Shown here: positions 20,970 to 33,224 of the stretch, one piece after another
Position numbering within the stretch: position 1 is the first letter of the stretch
Layout of the letters: every line of letters starts with the position of its first letter
DNA from: Octopus bimaculoides
Lineage: Eukaryota
Direction: 5' to 3'
Assembly: GCF_001194135.2 (NCBI RefSeq)
Contig: NC_068990.1
Location: 60,131,225 to 60,165,227, forward strand
Length of the DNA stretch: 34,003 bases
Made by a program: the position numbers and the translations under genes
Notes under the pieces: model-generated
Told to the model about the DNA's origin: nothing
What the model saw: the letters and a program-made list of their open reading frames with translations, nothing else
Database searches by the model: none

Positions 20970-22614
20970 CAGTATCTCACAGAAGTATGTACACCCCTAA
21001 AAAATTTCAGTAAAATTGCCATTACTATAATAATATCGAAGGAAATCAAATGAAATTTATACTGAATAAAATATATTTTACATGCAAACATTATACAAAC
21101 TTGGAACTCAAAACAATAATCATTTTCAAAGATATAAATGAAATATTAATTTTCAAATGTTACAAAAAGATGTACACCCTAAAGGAAATTTGCTGTATTC
21201 AATATTTTATCCATTTTTTTTTTACTAAATTCAGATATTGCTGGTAATTTCAATTCTAATAAATTATTTCTCCTGGCGTTTTTGCACCGGTCATTGTTAT
21301 TGCATCTGCAGGAATTCTGATTTGTGTACCGTGGTGGAAATCATCTTCATTGTGATTAAAATGGCACCAAAAGGAAAAGAATTGTCTGAAGATTTGAAGA
21401 AATTTCTTTTTGATTTGCACGAGAATGGTTTAGGATACAAGTTAATTAGCAAACAAATACACATTAGTGTAAACACAGTTGACAAAGTAATTCAGAAGTA
21501 CAAATCTACTGTACGGCTAAGCAATAAACATCGTCCAGGTCTTCCTTCTATTTTAACTGCACAGGATATTCACCACATCCAACGTTGCATGATGGATGAC
21601 AGGTGTTGTACCACTTCATCTTTGGCCCAAGAAAAGTTTTCTGTTAGTGAAAAGAGTGTGTCTGCTCAAATAGCTCGCAGAATTTTGAACCAGTGTGGTC
21701 CTCATGGATGCATTCCACATAGAAAGCCTCTCCTCACTACCAGGCATAAATCAAGTGGTCTTCCTTTTGCTGAAACCTATGTGAGTAGGGGGAAGGAGTT
21801 TTGGAATAAAATTCTTTTTTCTAACAAGACTAAAATCTACTTGTTTGGGTCAGATGGTATCTAACGAGTATGGCAATGACTAGGTGAAGATAATAGCGAC
21901 AAATGCACCATGTCTACTGTGAAACATGGTGGTGGAAGTGTTATGCTTTGGGGATGCATGAGAGTGGCTGGTGTGGGAGGACTCATATTTATTCAGAGAA
22001 CAATGGATTCAAGGCTTTATTGTGACATGCTGCAGAAAACAATGTTGAAAAGCATCAACGAACTAGGAAGACATACCATGTTCCAACATAATAATGACTC
22101 TAAACACACTTCAGAGATGATGAATAAGTTATTATCAGATAAAAAGGTAAAGGTATTGCCATGGTCTACCATGTCACCTGATTTAAACCTAATAGAACAT
22201 CTGTTGGGTGTTTTAAGAAGGAAGATAGAGGAGAAAAAACTCCCGTAATGTAACACAGTTGAAAGACATCATTCAGGATGAATGGAGGTCGATTTCAACA
22301 GTTACATCTGGAAATTTAGTTGACTCTATGCCCTGAAGACTTAATGCAGACATTGAAAGCAAGGGTGGTCACACCAAAGTTTGAATATAGTAAATAATCC
22401 TTTGGGGTGTATATATTTTTGTATTGTTTGAAAATTAATATTTCATTTATATCTTTGAAAATGTTTGTTGTTTTGTGTTCCAAATTTGTATAATGCTTGC
22501 ATGTATAATATATTTTATTCAGTATAAACTTTGTTTGATTTCCTTCGATATTATCAGAGAAATGGCAATTTTACTGAAATTTTTTAGGGGTGTACATACT
22601 TCTGTAAGATACTG
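20970..22614 (+). mobile_element. Full-length (1645 bp) non-functional Tc1 element with ~215-bp TIRs and TA TSD
   Basis: TA|cagtatctcacagaagtatgtacacccctaaa ... tttaggggtgtacatacttctgtaagatactg|TA. TIRs lie at 20970-~21185 and ~22400-22614. Confidence 0.96.
21361..22383 (+). pseudogene. Tc1 transposase pseudogene (DD34E)
   Basis: MAPKGKELSEDLKK...RPG...RKPLL...ILFSNKTK...TVKHGGGSVMLWGCM...FQHNNDSKH-(34 aa)-SPDLNLIE...DEW...LVDSMP*RL...KGGHTK. Stops at 21862 and 21877, a frameshift near 22240, and both catalytic Asp read as Asn. Confidence 0.93.
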
Positions 22615-23359
22615 TATGTATATGTATATATATATGTATGTATGTGTGTTTTTGTCTTTGTGTCTGTGTTTGTTCCCCACCACCACCACCACTTGACAAC
22701 CTGTGTTGGTGTGTTTACATCTCTGTAACTTAGCAGTTTGGTAAAAGCATCCAATTGAATAAGTATCAGGCATTAAAAAAAAGTACTGGGGTCAATTCAT
22801 TCAACTAAAAATTCAAGGCAGTGCCCCAGCATGGCCACAGTGTAATGACTGAAACAAGTAAAAAGATTACAAAGATAAACAATAAATAAATTGACTTGAA
22901 GTCTTTTTAGTTGCAAATTTCTTACAATTTTTTGCACAGCCATTTGAGTAAATAATTTTGGACGTTCTGACTCATATTTATAGAGAGAAAGAAAATTATG
23001 TTCAAATTATATTCAAATCAGATAACCAAAAAACAATGAAATTAGAAAGAGGTGATCAATTTAATTATCTCACTGTCTATTGTTTTATATTAACTATAAA
23101 TTGGTATGGCATTGTATTAGTTGCAAGCAAATGAGCAAACTTAAGGAAAATTTCCATTTTAGTATACTTTTTTATCTTTGGAACAGAATTCTTTAAAATT
23201 AAAATTACCTCAAGGTCCCAATATTTCAATGACTGACCATTTGATTTAAGTATATTGGAGTAAAAATTAAGAATAAGTCATTCTTCATTGTTATTTTCAG
23301 CTTAACTTAAACATTTCAGTTTCATGATTTTATGTAAAATTAAAAATTCTGAGAACAGT

Positions 23360-23822
23360 ACAACACAGGGACCCAGGAAGACATGGGATGAAGTACTGAA
23401 GGCCAATTGCAAAATGCTGAACCTTATGAAGGAGATGACAGAAGACTGAGATATGTGGTGCATTGCTGTACTCAAGAAGATCTGTTCACCATCAAGGAAC
23501 TGGGATCCTAAAACCAATGTGCCATGTAAAAAGCATTGGTGTGGGTGCTGGTGTCACATAAAAAGCACTGGTGGTGGTGCCACATAAAAAGCACTGGTGG
23601 CAAAGGGGCCATATAAAAAGCACTGGTGATGGTACCACATAGAAAAGTACCCAGTACACTTTGTAAAGTGGTTGGCATTAAGAAGGGGATCCAGCCATAG
23701 AAACCAAGTCAAAACAGACTGGGGAATCTGTTGCAGCCCCTGACCTTGCCAGTTCCTGTCAAGCTGTCCAACTCGTGTCAGCATGGAAAACGGACGTTAA
23801 ATATTGTTGATGATGATGATGA
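23360..23822 (+). mobile_element. RTE 3' end (ORF2 terminus, repeat array and GAT tail)
   Basis: PRKTWDEVLKANCKMLNLMKEMTED*DMW..AV, then about 5 gtgccacataaaaagcactg units and the conserved tail. Confidence 0.85.
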
Positions 23823-23937
23823 ATTAATGTCTGCTCTCCATAAGTTGGATGTTTTGATAGGAACTGACAATTTTAGAAAACCACCTCATGCTCCAATGTC
23901 TGTTATGGTATGGTTCTATTGTTGGGTACCCTTCCTC

Positions 23938-24135
23938 CATCATCATCGTCATCATTTAACATTTGCTTTCCATACTAGCATAGATAAGATGGTTTGATAG
24001 GGAACTGGCACACTGCAGTGCTGTATTAAGTTCCAGTGTTAGCTTTGGCATGTTTTCTACAGTTGGATGCCCTTCCTAATGCCAACCACTTCACAGAGTA
24101 TACTGGATGCATTTTATTTTTTGTGCCACTGGCAT
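23938..24135 (-). mobile_element. RTE 3' tail
   Basis: catcatcat..tttaacatttgctttccatactagcat...ggatgcccttcctaatgccaaccac. Confidence 0.82.
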
Positions 24136-24699
24136 AATGAGGTTGACATGTAATCTGTAACACAGAAAACAACAGAGGATGCAAGGTGTTGAAAGGCTAA
24201 AGTAAAATAGGTCAAGATCAGGTGTCTTGTATGAAGGAGATACATGACTGAAGGAGATAAGAGGAAGGTAGTGATCAGAGTTACAGGTAAGTTCATTGCA
24301 GGAGAGTTCACTGCCATTAATTCATGGGGAATTTTCTTTATTATGATACAAGTTTACTGTGAGGAAAGTTTACTGAGAAAATATATCCATAGTATCTCCC
24401 CATTAATAATTAGAAACTATTTTATTGAGAAAATACGAAAGTAATGGGAGATGAAAACGTGCAATCAGAGATGTTATCTTTTGGGTTAAAATACAGTATG
24501 TACTAAATGTGAAGAAAAATAAGCTTAAATTTTAATTCACACTTCTTTACAACATAAATCAAAACAAAATTCAAATTTACATTATTCAAAATCATGTTTG
24601 AATTGGTGATGGTGTATTGGTGATGGCGAATTGATGATGGTGAACTAACCTGCAGTGAATTGATGATGGTGAATTTACTGGATATGAGTGATCCTGTAC

Positions 24700-25420
24700 C
24701 AGATCAAACTCTCAAGGAACAAGAAGATGAGAGCATAAGAAAGTGAGTCATGGTGGATGATGCTTTCATAATAGTGTGGAGGGGAGTGAACAGGTAGAAG
24801 TAGAGGTAGAGGTGGAGGTTAATGTAGTGAAAGAAGAATGAGGATGGGGGATGCAGATGATGAGGAATACTAGTATGTAGAGGGGGAAGGTGGAGGATAT
24901 AGGAGTGGCTCAGAAAGGAGAATAGAACAAAATGTATTTGAATGATATGCAAGACGTAGAATCAGTGGAGAGGGAGATATGGGGATACATAAGTAGGTGG
25001 GTCATGATGGTAAATATAAAAAGGCATTGAGTATGATAGATAAGAGAGGGTGTTTAGAATGGTGTATAACAGAAGGGAGACAGAGCATCGGCTGAGGTCG
25101 TAGAAAGGAGATGATTGGTTGAAATTGTGTGAACAGGGATGATGAGGAATGGAAACAGTTACAAGGGGTGGGATGTAATATGGGTCAACATTGCTTTCAG
25201 GTGGGTACAGCAACTGCATAGGATAGGGTAGTACCATAGACAGGGGAGGGATGAAAATGTGTGATAGTGGTGGTGGAATGTATGATGTGTCAGAGAGAGG
25301 AGAGATAAGGCATCATGCATACAAACATGACTGGTATGGGGAAATCATTTTTGCTGTAATGGAGTGGTCTTCTGGAGAACGGCAAAACACCAATCCTCTC
25401 AGTCCTTCCTACATGTACAT
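24700..25420 (-). mobile_element. Purine-rich degenerate repeat, possibly a Penelope-like GIY-YIG region
   Basis: Homologous patch to 9790-9830. Faint motifs HPCSHNFN and ILNTLS recall the PVAxHFN and LxTLxP motifs of the PLE endonuclease. Tentative. Confidence 0.35.
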
Positions 25421-25434
25421 TGTAAAATATTAAT

Positions 25435-25490
<56 letters not shown>

Positions 25491-25735
25491 ACACACACTC
25501 ACCCACACATTCACACACACTTACATATACCATATATATGTGCGCACACACACACACCACATATATGCATCCCCCCCACACACACCACGTATATGCAATT
25601 TCCTTTGACCAAATTCTATTCACGAGACACTGTTTGACCCAAAGCTATGCTAGAAGACACTTACTTTCCCAGTGTGTCACATAATACAATCCAGGCTGGA
25701 ATGATGTAGTTGCAAAATAAAATTCCTCACAATTT
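25435..25735 (-). mobile_element. (CA)-rich microsatellite plus degraded SINE C head
   Basis: CA run 25435-25585, then ccaaattctattcac...gctatgctagaagacactt...ccagtgtgtcac. Confidence 0.65.
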
Positions 25736-27749
25736 AGCCATGTCAATATTCAGTCTGGTGAAGAAACCATTTGTTCTCCATTTTATAATTGTTGAGACAA
25801 CTTTCTTTGATGAATCCTTCAATGAAATGTGCTGCATACAATACTCTATATAATTTGTCCTTAAGATAGCACAGTTAAAAGTAGCATTCTTCAATTTGTT
25901 AAGATTCTTTTAAATATTACTTCTGTCTGTGGTTTATCAAAAATATATTTGCTTTGCAGCCCAAGAATTAAATTGTGTTATTCAAAGTTAATATTTGAGT
26001 CAGTAAAGTTAAAATGACAGAAAGCACAATATTTGTATTAATTAAATGGAAAAAAATATGGTTAGGTTTAATTATTTGTCTAAAGAAAAATCTCTTAAAG
26101 TGGTAGTAATATTTGTCTTGGCATAATCCAAAAAATTTTAAGATTTCTCTAAATATAGCAGTTAATAATAACCATTCAAGCAACGAATGAAATCTCAAAA
26201 GAGAATTTCAAATATTTATAGAATTCATAAAAAATAAGTAAAACTTGAAAGAAAATATAGTTTTATTATTAATCTTTTACAAACCCCCTTACTTTGCTGT
26301 GTTTAGGGAACCAATATTTGCAATTGTCTATGAACCTCATTCATAAAATCCTTTGCACCACCAAAAGTACAAATAAAAAAAAAGTTTTTCCTTATCATTA
26401 CCTTTCTCTTTGAACAGGAGAAATTTAAAGGAAAAAGATTTTTGCATGTCTTTGAAAAGATGTTCTTTTATCAATACCATATTTAGTTGACTTCAGAAAA
26501 GTCAATATAATGTTAAAAAAAAAAAGCAAAAGACAAGCAAAAGAAATTGCCATTTTCTGTTGCTTTGAAAACTATGAGAAATTGCATGAAGGTTTTTCAG
26601 TGCTTGCTTGCTTTCTTTGCAATATTAGAACTAATCAATTTAACACTGACAAACAGGTTTTATATGATTAATATATAGAAAGGATGGACTATATAGAAAC
26701 TTATAGAAAATTTTCATTAATTCAAACTTGAAAAAATATTTTTGGAATATTTCTCATCTCTTTGACTATGCCCATAATTATTCTTCTGTAGAAAATGCTT
26801 TTATTAAATCTCTTCATACTAAAATTAATTTTTATAAAGCACTTTTCATCATGTGTCTTTGATTTGTTTTATTAGACAAGTTTTCTGATGGATGTTTTTA
26901 GTTATTCCTCAAATGACATAAACAACAATATTAACAGCAAAAATGATAATGTTGCTTTTGTAGGTAGTATTGTTGATAGTTTAACATGAATATCCATAAT
27001 GGTTTTAATCTGGGTGAAAATATATGATTGAAGTAGTTGTATTATCAGAATTATTTTTGCTACTGGATAGGATAGTACTATGTAGATATGCTTAAACAGC
27101 AGGAGAAACATCCTTGTAGCAGTGAGGATATATTTTGTGGAAAATATATTAGCAGGATGTGAGAGGCCATTGACATACAGTAATATTCTAATTAGAAATT
27201 ACAGCCCTGCTGGAAATAAAGGTCATATTTTCATCTTTATGATAATTACTATTTTCTTTGAAAACAAACATCCGTAACAAGTTAGGTATGATTCCAATCT
27301 TTTAGTGGAGATTATATTTTTTTATTACGTGTGGTTGATGAGTTTGTTGCCTTATTGTAAATAAAGTGAAATTTCACATCTACCTGCTGTTATGAAAATT
27401 GATTCAAATGTTTCTCTTGCACAGATTATATTGCTTAGTCTAGATAATGTTTCAACAACACACAGGAAGAAAAGATCTGTGCTCAGCTGTAAAACAACAT
27501 AAGCACATTGGTTTCCAGCAAAATATGTTAATTACTTAAAAATTCTAAACACTATTCCTTAACAGAGCCAATAAATTACATTTGGTACAATGAAGCCATC
27601 TTGTTTCGTAAAATAGGCTTTATTGTTTTCATTAGTAAAGATAATATTTTTGGCCTTAATATAGAAATTATGCAGTCACGTAACATGCTGGAAATAGTTG
27701 TCAAATCTCACTCAAATAACACCTTACTTTCTTGGTTAACAAAGGACAT

Positions 27750-27972
27750 ACTCTCTTTTTACTCTTTTACTTGTTTCAGTCATTTGACTGTGGCCATGCT
27801 GGAGCACTGCCTTTAGTCAAGCAAATCGACCCCAGGACTTATTCTTTGTAAGACTAGTACTTATTCTATCGGTCTCTTTTGCTGAACCACTAAGTTACGG
27901 GGATGTAAACACACCAGCATCGGTTGTCAAGCGATGTTGGGGGGAGGGGCAAACACAGACACACAAACATAT

Positions 27973-28005
<33 letters not shown>

Positions 28006-28161
28006 ACGGGCTTCTTTCAGTTTCCGTCTACCAAATCCACTCACACGACTTTGGTCGGCCGAAGGCTATAGTAGAAGACACTTGCCCAAGGTGCCTCACA
28101 GTGGGACTGAACCTGGAACTATGTGGCTGGTAAGCAAGCTACCTACCACACAGCCACTCCT
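27750..28161 (-). mobile_element. Bipartite SINE (C+D), best-preserved copy in the window
   Basis: CpG-rich and complete: tail ttttactcttttacttgtttcagtcatttgactg, internal (TA)n, head ...gggactgaacctggaac...ccacacagccactcc. Confidence 0.92.
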
Positions 28162-28224
28162 ATTTTTCTGAATATATGCTTTCACCAAAAATATGAGGGA
28201 AACAGTTATGGCTGGACTCTTTAA

Positions 28225-28377
28225 TATTAGTTCTGTTTATTCTGCTGAGATTGACTTTGCCTTTCACCCTTTCGGGCGTCAATAAAATAAGTACCAGTTG
28301 AGCACTGGGGTCAATTTAATCGAGTTGGCCCCTCCCACCAACATTGCTGGCCTTGTGCCAAAATTCGAAATCAATAT
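28225..28377 (+). mobile_element. SINE family F (3' two-thirds)
   Basis: gactttgcctttcaccctttcgggcgtcaataaaataagtaccagttgagcactggggtcaat...ggccttgtgccaaaattcgaaa. Confidence 0.85.
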
Positions 28378-28394
28378 ATTTCATCCCTATAGCT

Positions 28395-28540
28395 ATTGTT
28401 GTTGTCATTGCTGTTATTACTATCACCTTTGTTGTTGTTGTTGTTGTTGATGCCATCACCACTGCAGTCACTGTCTTTATCATCATCATCAACATCATCG
28501 TTCTCATTGTCCTCATTATCCTTATCATTATTCTCGTCTC
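28395..28540. repeat. Degenerate (GTT)n/(CAT)n trinucleotide tract
   Basis: Read directly. Confidence 0.85.
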
Positions 28541-28789
28541 TTTCACTTTAATAGAATTTCAGAAATAAAGGCATGAGATTAAGTGCAATTATTTCAAACC
28601 AATCTCACATTTGGTAGTTTTTAATTAGCTAGAAGGGGGACCTTAACAAAAATAGCATTTATTGTTGCATTGACCAGACAATAAAGTAATGACATCACAA
28701 AACAATACTTGACTAAAGCATGGCAACTGTGTCCAAAGTGGTCTCACTGTTGTATGTGATTGTCTATGGTGCTTAATTCCTGACAAAAC

Positions 28790-28827
28790 AACCATCATCA
28801 TCATCATGATCATCATCATTGTCGTTG

Positions 28828-28884
<57 letters not shown>

Positions 28885-29080
28885 CCATCATTGCCATCAC
28901 AAATGTCACCACCACCACCACCACCACCATCACCACCATCATCATCATCATCAGCACCATCATCGCCATCACCATTGTCACCACCATCATCATCATAGAC
29001 AGCAGCAGCAGCACCACCACCACCACTGCCGCTGCCGCCTCCACCACCACCACCACCACCACCGCCACCATCATCATTAT
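28790..29080. repeat. Compound (CAT)n/(CAC)n/(CAG)n/(CGC)n microsatellite
   Basis: Read directly. It is the source of the poly-M/D/I/G ORFs in the track. Confidence 0.95.
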
Positions 29081-29125
29081 TTAATGTCCGCTTCCCATAC
29101 TGGTATGGGTTGGACACTTTAACAA
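29070..29125 (-). mobile_element. Terminal fragment of an RTE 3' tail
   Basis: catcattatttaatgtccgcttcccatactggtatgggttggaca resembles catcgtttaacgtccgctttccatgctagcatgggttggac. Confidence 0.75.
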
Positions 29126-29332
29126 GAGCTAGCATGCTAAAGTCACACAAAGCTCTACTCTCTACTTTGTCTTCATGGTTTCTACTGCTGGATTCCCTTC
29201 TTAATGTCTAAAGCAGTGTTGGTAAATTCTAATATATCATTTCACTTTTCTTTTTTTTTTTTATTGTATTTATTTATATTTTTTAATTTTTATTTTTTAA
29301 CTTCAGTTAATTAAAAGAATGAAATGTCAGTA

Positions 29333-29536
29333 GGAACAAGTATGGCTGTGTGGTTAAGTTTTCTTCCCAACCACATGGTTCTGGGTTCAGTCCCCCTGCA
29401 TTGTGTATAGGACAAGTGTGTTGTACTATAGCTCTGGGTTGACCAAAACCTGATGAGTGGATTTTGTAGACAGAAACTGAAAGAAACCTGTCATCTGGAT
29501 ATATAAATGTATATGTATGTATGTATGTATGTATGT
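29333..29536 (+). mobile_element. SINE C head plus (TATG)n, joined to the R4 element
   Basis: gtatggctgtgtggttaag...ggttcagtccc...gtggattttgtagacagaaactgaaagaaacc. Confidence 0.85.
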
Positions 29537-29537
29537 G

Positions 29538-30820
29538 CAGATTTGTATGTTTTATGTATGTATTCTCATGCATATAGTTGCATATCTAGACATGTTCATA
29601 TATATTTAAATGATAAACTTCTGGAAAGTTTTACAGATCTTTACAGTTCCAGTGATGGATTGGATCTGTAGCCTTTGTATTAGCTTTCTCCTTTCTGGTT
29701 TTGAGGAGCCTAATTTCTCAAGATTGGTATTTAGGCAGAATGTTACATATCTTAGGGCCCCAATAATTACCGGTATAAACCTAAACTTGTAATCTGGATA
29801 GAGTAACTGCAGATTTCTGAATAGTTCAGCATAGGTGTTCCCTTTTACACTGATCTTCAGCTTTATGTTAAAATCCACTGGGCAGCTAATTTCCACAACT
29901 GTGCACGGTTTCTCTTCTCTATCCCAAATCGTTTTATCAGGTCTGTTGTGCTTACATTTTATTGAGATCTTCACTGGAACATTCCACCAGTATTCCTTTT
30001 TATTATGAATGGCTATGGCTTCTATCATATTGTGGATTCTTATTTTCTTAGTCCTCGGAATTATCCTTCCGACGAATTTCATTATAGTGTCCTAGCTACA
30101 ATGTCATGTCTCATTGGTGGATAATACCATGATGAAATTTTCGGACAACTGCTTATGATGTGGGTGATGTCTTCAGTGTGAATTCTACAAAGTCTTCATC
30201 AGTTGCCACATTTAACTGCTTGTCTTGTGTCTCTGTCTCTTTTGTGCATCAAGTATTTGGTTGATATTTCCTGTTCCTAGATTGCAAACACACACCCTTC
30301 AAAGTGGGAGGTAGTAATCCAGCTATTTGTCCTATAAAGGGTTTCTTGTAGCCTAGCCACATTGAAACTAGGTTCCCCCTATGCTCTCGCACCTCTAACA
30401 TCACAGTTTTGTTGATTAACAATTGCTCGGTACATCCCCAGACTCCCTTCTTTCCAGCTGCTTGTTCTGCTGTGATAATGTTATTGGTTTCACAATGGTC
30501 CTGGAGGAAGAGGTTTAAACATGCTGCATATATCTTATATGTTAAGTTCTGGTATGTAATTGGCCAGTAGTTTTTTGCCATGTGGGTGGTTCTGCATTTG
30601 GGGATCAATTTTGTCTCTGCCAGAGCTAACCAGTGTGGTATGCTACTGTCCCCAACGAGAGCTTCCTGGTACAGATTGATAAGATATGGTTTATAGAATG
30701 TTAGCTTCTTATACCAATATCCAACAATCAAGTCTCTTCCAGGTGCTTTTCCATCCTGGAATTTCTGGATCACAGTTGCAAGAGTTTCACCATCGATTCT
30801 GTATGTCTTAGATGTGACAA
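29538..30820 (-). mobile_element. R4/Dong-clade non-LTR retrotransposon, 5'-truncated and internally deleted
   Basis: RT domains 0-3: GKAPGRD, NYWPIT, EQAAGKKGVWGCTEQLLIN, WLGYKKPF. A deletion near 30345 is followed by the CCHC region RLCRIHTEDITHIISSC, then MRHDIVA, then the restriction-like endonuclease HNRPD...VVEISCPVDFN...K..TY...PVIIGAL. Confidence 0.9.
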
Positions 30821-30829
30821 TGATTACAA

Positions 30830-30848
30830 CAATGATGATGATGATGGC

Positions 30849-30887
<39 letters not shown>

Positions 30888-30925
30888 AACGGTGGTGGTG
30901 GTGGTGGTGATGGTGGTGATGATAG
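30830..30925. repeat. (GAT)n/(GGT)n microsatellite at the 5' junction of the R4 element
   Basis: Read directly. Confidence 0.92.
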
Positions 30926-32218
30926 GTAGATAAATAGATGTTTCTAGAATAACTCATGTTGTTCTTCCAATAAAAACGAGGCATTTACAGCTTGATGGTC
31001 CCTGGAAAAAAATGGTGATGTGACGTCTGTCAAAGAAAGTTAATTAATGCTCTGTGGTTAGCACACATAATGCTATAGTCTGTATTTATAACAGACTTGT
31101 AACAACAATTTCAAACACTAAAAACTGTGTAGAAATGTAGAACGTAATAAGCAAATGACTAACTAACCCTTTTGTAACGTGACAGAAAATTTAGTCATGT
31201 AGAGAAGTGAGAAAACTTCAATGAATGAAGAATGCAACATTTCAATGACTGGCTCTGCTGCAGCATGACTGTCTGCAAAAGCTGGTCATATAAAGAATTG
31301 GTGAAAAGTTGATCTACACTTTCTTATATAACATCTAAATTAACTAATTAACATGTGTGTTTTATAGTCTACAGAATATTGTTGACTCAATCCCAGTCTT
31401 CTCATAGTTGAGGTTGAAATAAATAGAAACTTGCTGGTTCAATGTGGCATTAGTTGTTCTACCATTGGTTTAAAGTCTCCCTTGGTTTTGCTAAAGAATC
31501 ATGTATATCATTGTATAATATATTTTGCATGTTCATTCATAGAAGTAACAAAAGAAACCAACTTTAAAATAACAGCGAGACTTTATTAATTTGTAAAGTG
31601 GTATCAAGCAAGAAATATTACTAATACTGTTGGTTGTTGTTCATCTATATTTTTGATAATTCAACTTGGGTCGACATTGGTTAAATGGATTATGTTATAA
31701 AATAATCTTCCTGTAAAAATGGCAGGATCTGCATTACTTGCCTTGAAAAAAGTTCCACTCTTCTGACTTGTAAATAAGTTGTCACACCAATTTTTGGTAA
31801 AAAGGAAGCTCTAGAACACATACAGGATTAGTTGTTCGAAATATATTACACGCAACATAATTGGACCTTCGATCCAATTCCTGCACAACACTCAACCAAT
31901 TACAACACAGGACTTAACAAATGTCCAACAACTCACATGATAGGTATGTTAACCAATCACTACAGATTAATGTGATAAGTCAACTTAAATGTTTTCAATA
32001 TGCAATAATAGAAAATGGTTTTGCTACAGGATCAAACTCATTTTAAAGGAATGTATGAGATAATACTTACAAACATGCTTGCCAACACTGAAAGTTTGGC
32101 CTAGCAACAAATGTTAAGAGTGTTAAAGTTTATTGTACATACATGAAATTCTTGGTGGTGTTTTATGAACCATACATCTGGATTTAGAACTACATTTGTC
32201 AATAACTGATATTATTGT

Positions 32219-32482
32219 GGAGGTACATGGCTTAGTGGTTAGGGTGTTGGACTCGTGATTGTAAGATTCTGGTTTTGATTCCTGGACCAGGCGACACATT
32301 GTGTTCTTGAGCAGAACACTTCATTTCATGTTGCTCTAATCCACTTAGCTGATAAAAATGAGTAATTCTGTGATGGAGCAGTGTCCCATCCAGGTGGGGA
32401 ATATATATGCCATGGAAACCGGGAAACCAGCCCTTATAATCTGCATGACAGCATGACTTGAGAAGGTAACTTTAAATTTACC
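32219..32482 (+). mobile_element. SINE family B
   Basis: Aligns with 5032-5290; ends gcatgacttgagaaggtaacttt. Confidence 0.88.
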
Positions 32483-32724
32483 TATTTAGCCCCATGAGTA
32501 CCCTGACCGAACAAACCTATGAATAAAGAGTTCTCAGCCATGAACACCCTGTATATTTATATTTACAGTAACCACATTGGTTTCAAATAACCCATTAGAG
32601 GAATTTACAGCATGAATGATGAATAGTAGTCATAGATGTTAAGTACCAACTGATGCAGTTAGCCATAACCTGGAGCGTAACTGAGAGCCACCACAGTATC
32701 CACCTTGATGATATATCCCTCCAA

Positions 32725-33035
32725 ACTCACACACACACACACATATATATATACACACACACACACGTATATATATATAGAGAGAAAGAGATACATATAC
32801 ACACATATATATATATATAGAGAGAGAGATACATACATTCATATACACACACACATGTGCACATATTAATATACAATGGGTATCCTTCAGTTCCCATCTA
32901 TCAAATTCACTCATAAGTCTTTGGTCAGCCTGGGGCTTTAGTAGAAGCCACTAATGCAAGGTGCCACACAGTGGGACTGAACCTGGAATAATGTGGTTTG
33001 GAAGCAATCTTCTTACCACACAGCCATGCCTGCAC
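32725..33035 (-). mobile_element. SINE C head (32870-33035) with compound CA/TA/GA microsatellite
   Basis: ttcagttcccatctatcaaattcactcataag...gtgggactgaacctggaa...ccacacagccatgcctgcacc. Confidence 0.85.
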
Positions 33036-33224
33036 CTATTAATTCAATTTTCAAAATTATCAAGAATTTTGAGAGATTTAGTTACATAAATGTAATTTCT
33101 TTAATTATTGATATACTATACTACTGTTTGGAATATAACCTAAAAATTAGTTTTTACTTGAAAAAACAAAAGAAGAAAAGGAAAAGATAACATATTTATC
33201 TACTGAAATTGTACATTATGATTC

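Larger units (their letters stand above)
20762..22865 (+). mobile_element. Bipartite SINE split by the Tc1 insertion (head 20762-20928, tail ~22625-22865)
   Basis: The head ends gaaactgaaagaagcccatc(TA)n. The tail resumes tttgtctttgtgtctgtg...gcatggccacagtgtaatgactgaaacaagtaaaaag. Confidence 0.85.

Noticed and set aside
21238-21360. N-terminal extension of the 208-aa ORF upstream of MAPKGK
   Set aside because: It starts at a non-ATG codon in the element's 5' UTR. Tc1 transposases begin at the M(A/G)xxKELS motif at 21361.
25730-27200. Several AG-preceded short frames (e.g. DKLYRVLYAAHF on -, EKFKGKRFLH on + at ~26420, and the hydrophobic 26902-27111 ORF)
   Set aside because: Expected by chance in very AT-rich DNA; no paired donor sites or homology.
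28316-29150. Poly-M/V/D/G/I/T ORFs
   Set aside because: Translations of trinucleotide microsatellites.
31830-31950. Frame LFEIYYTQHNWTFDPIP... ending at a strong ATAG|gtatgt donor
   Set aside because: The acceptor is poor and no homology is recognised; insufficient support.
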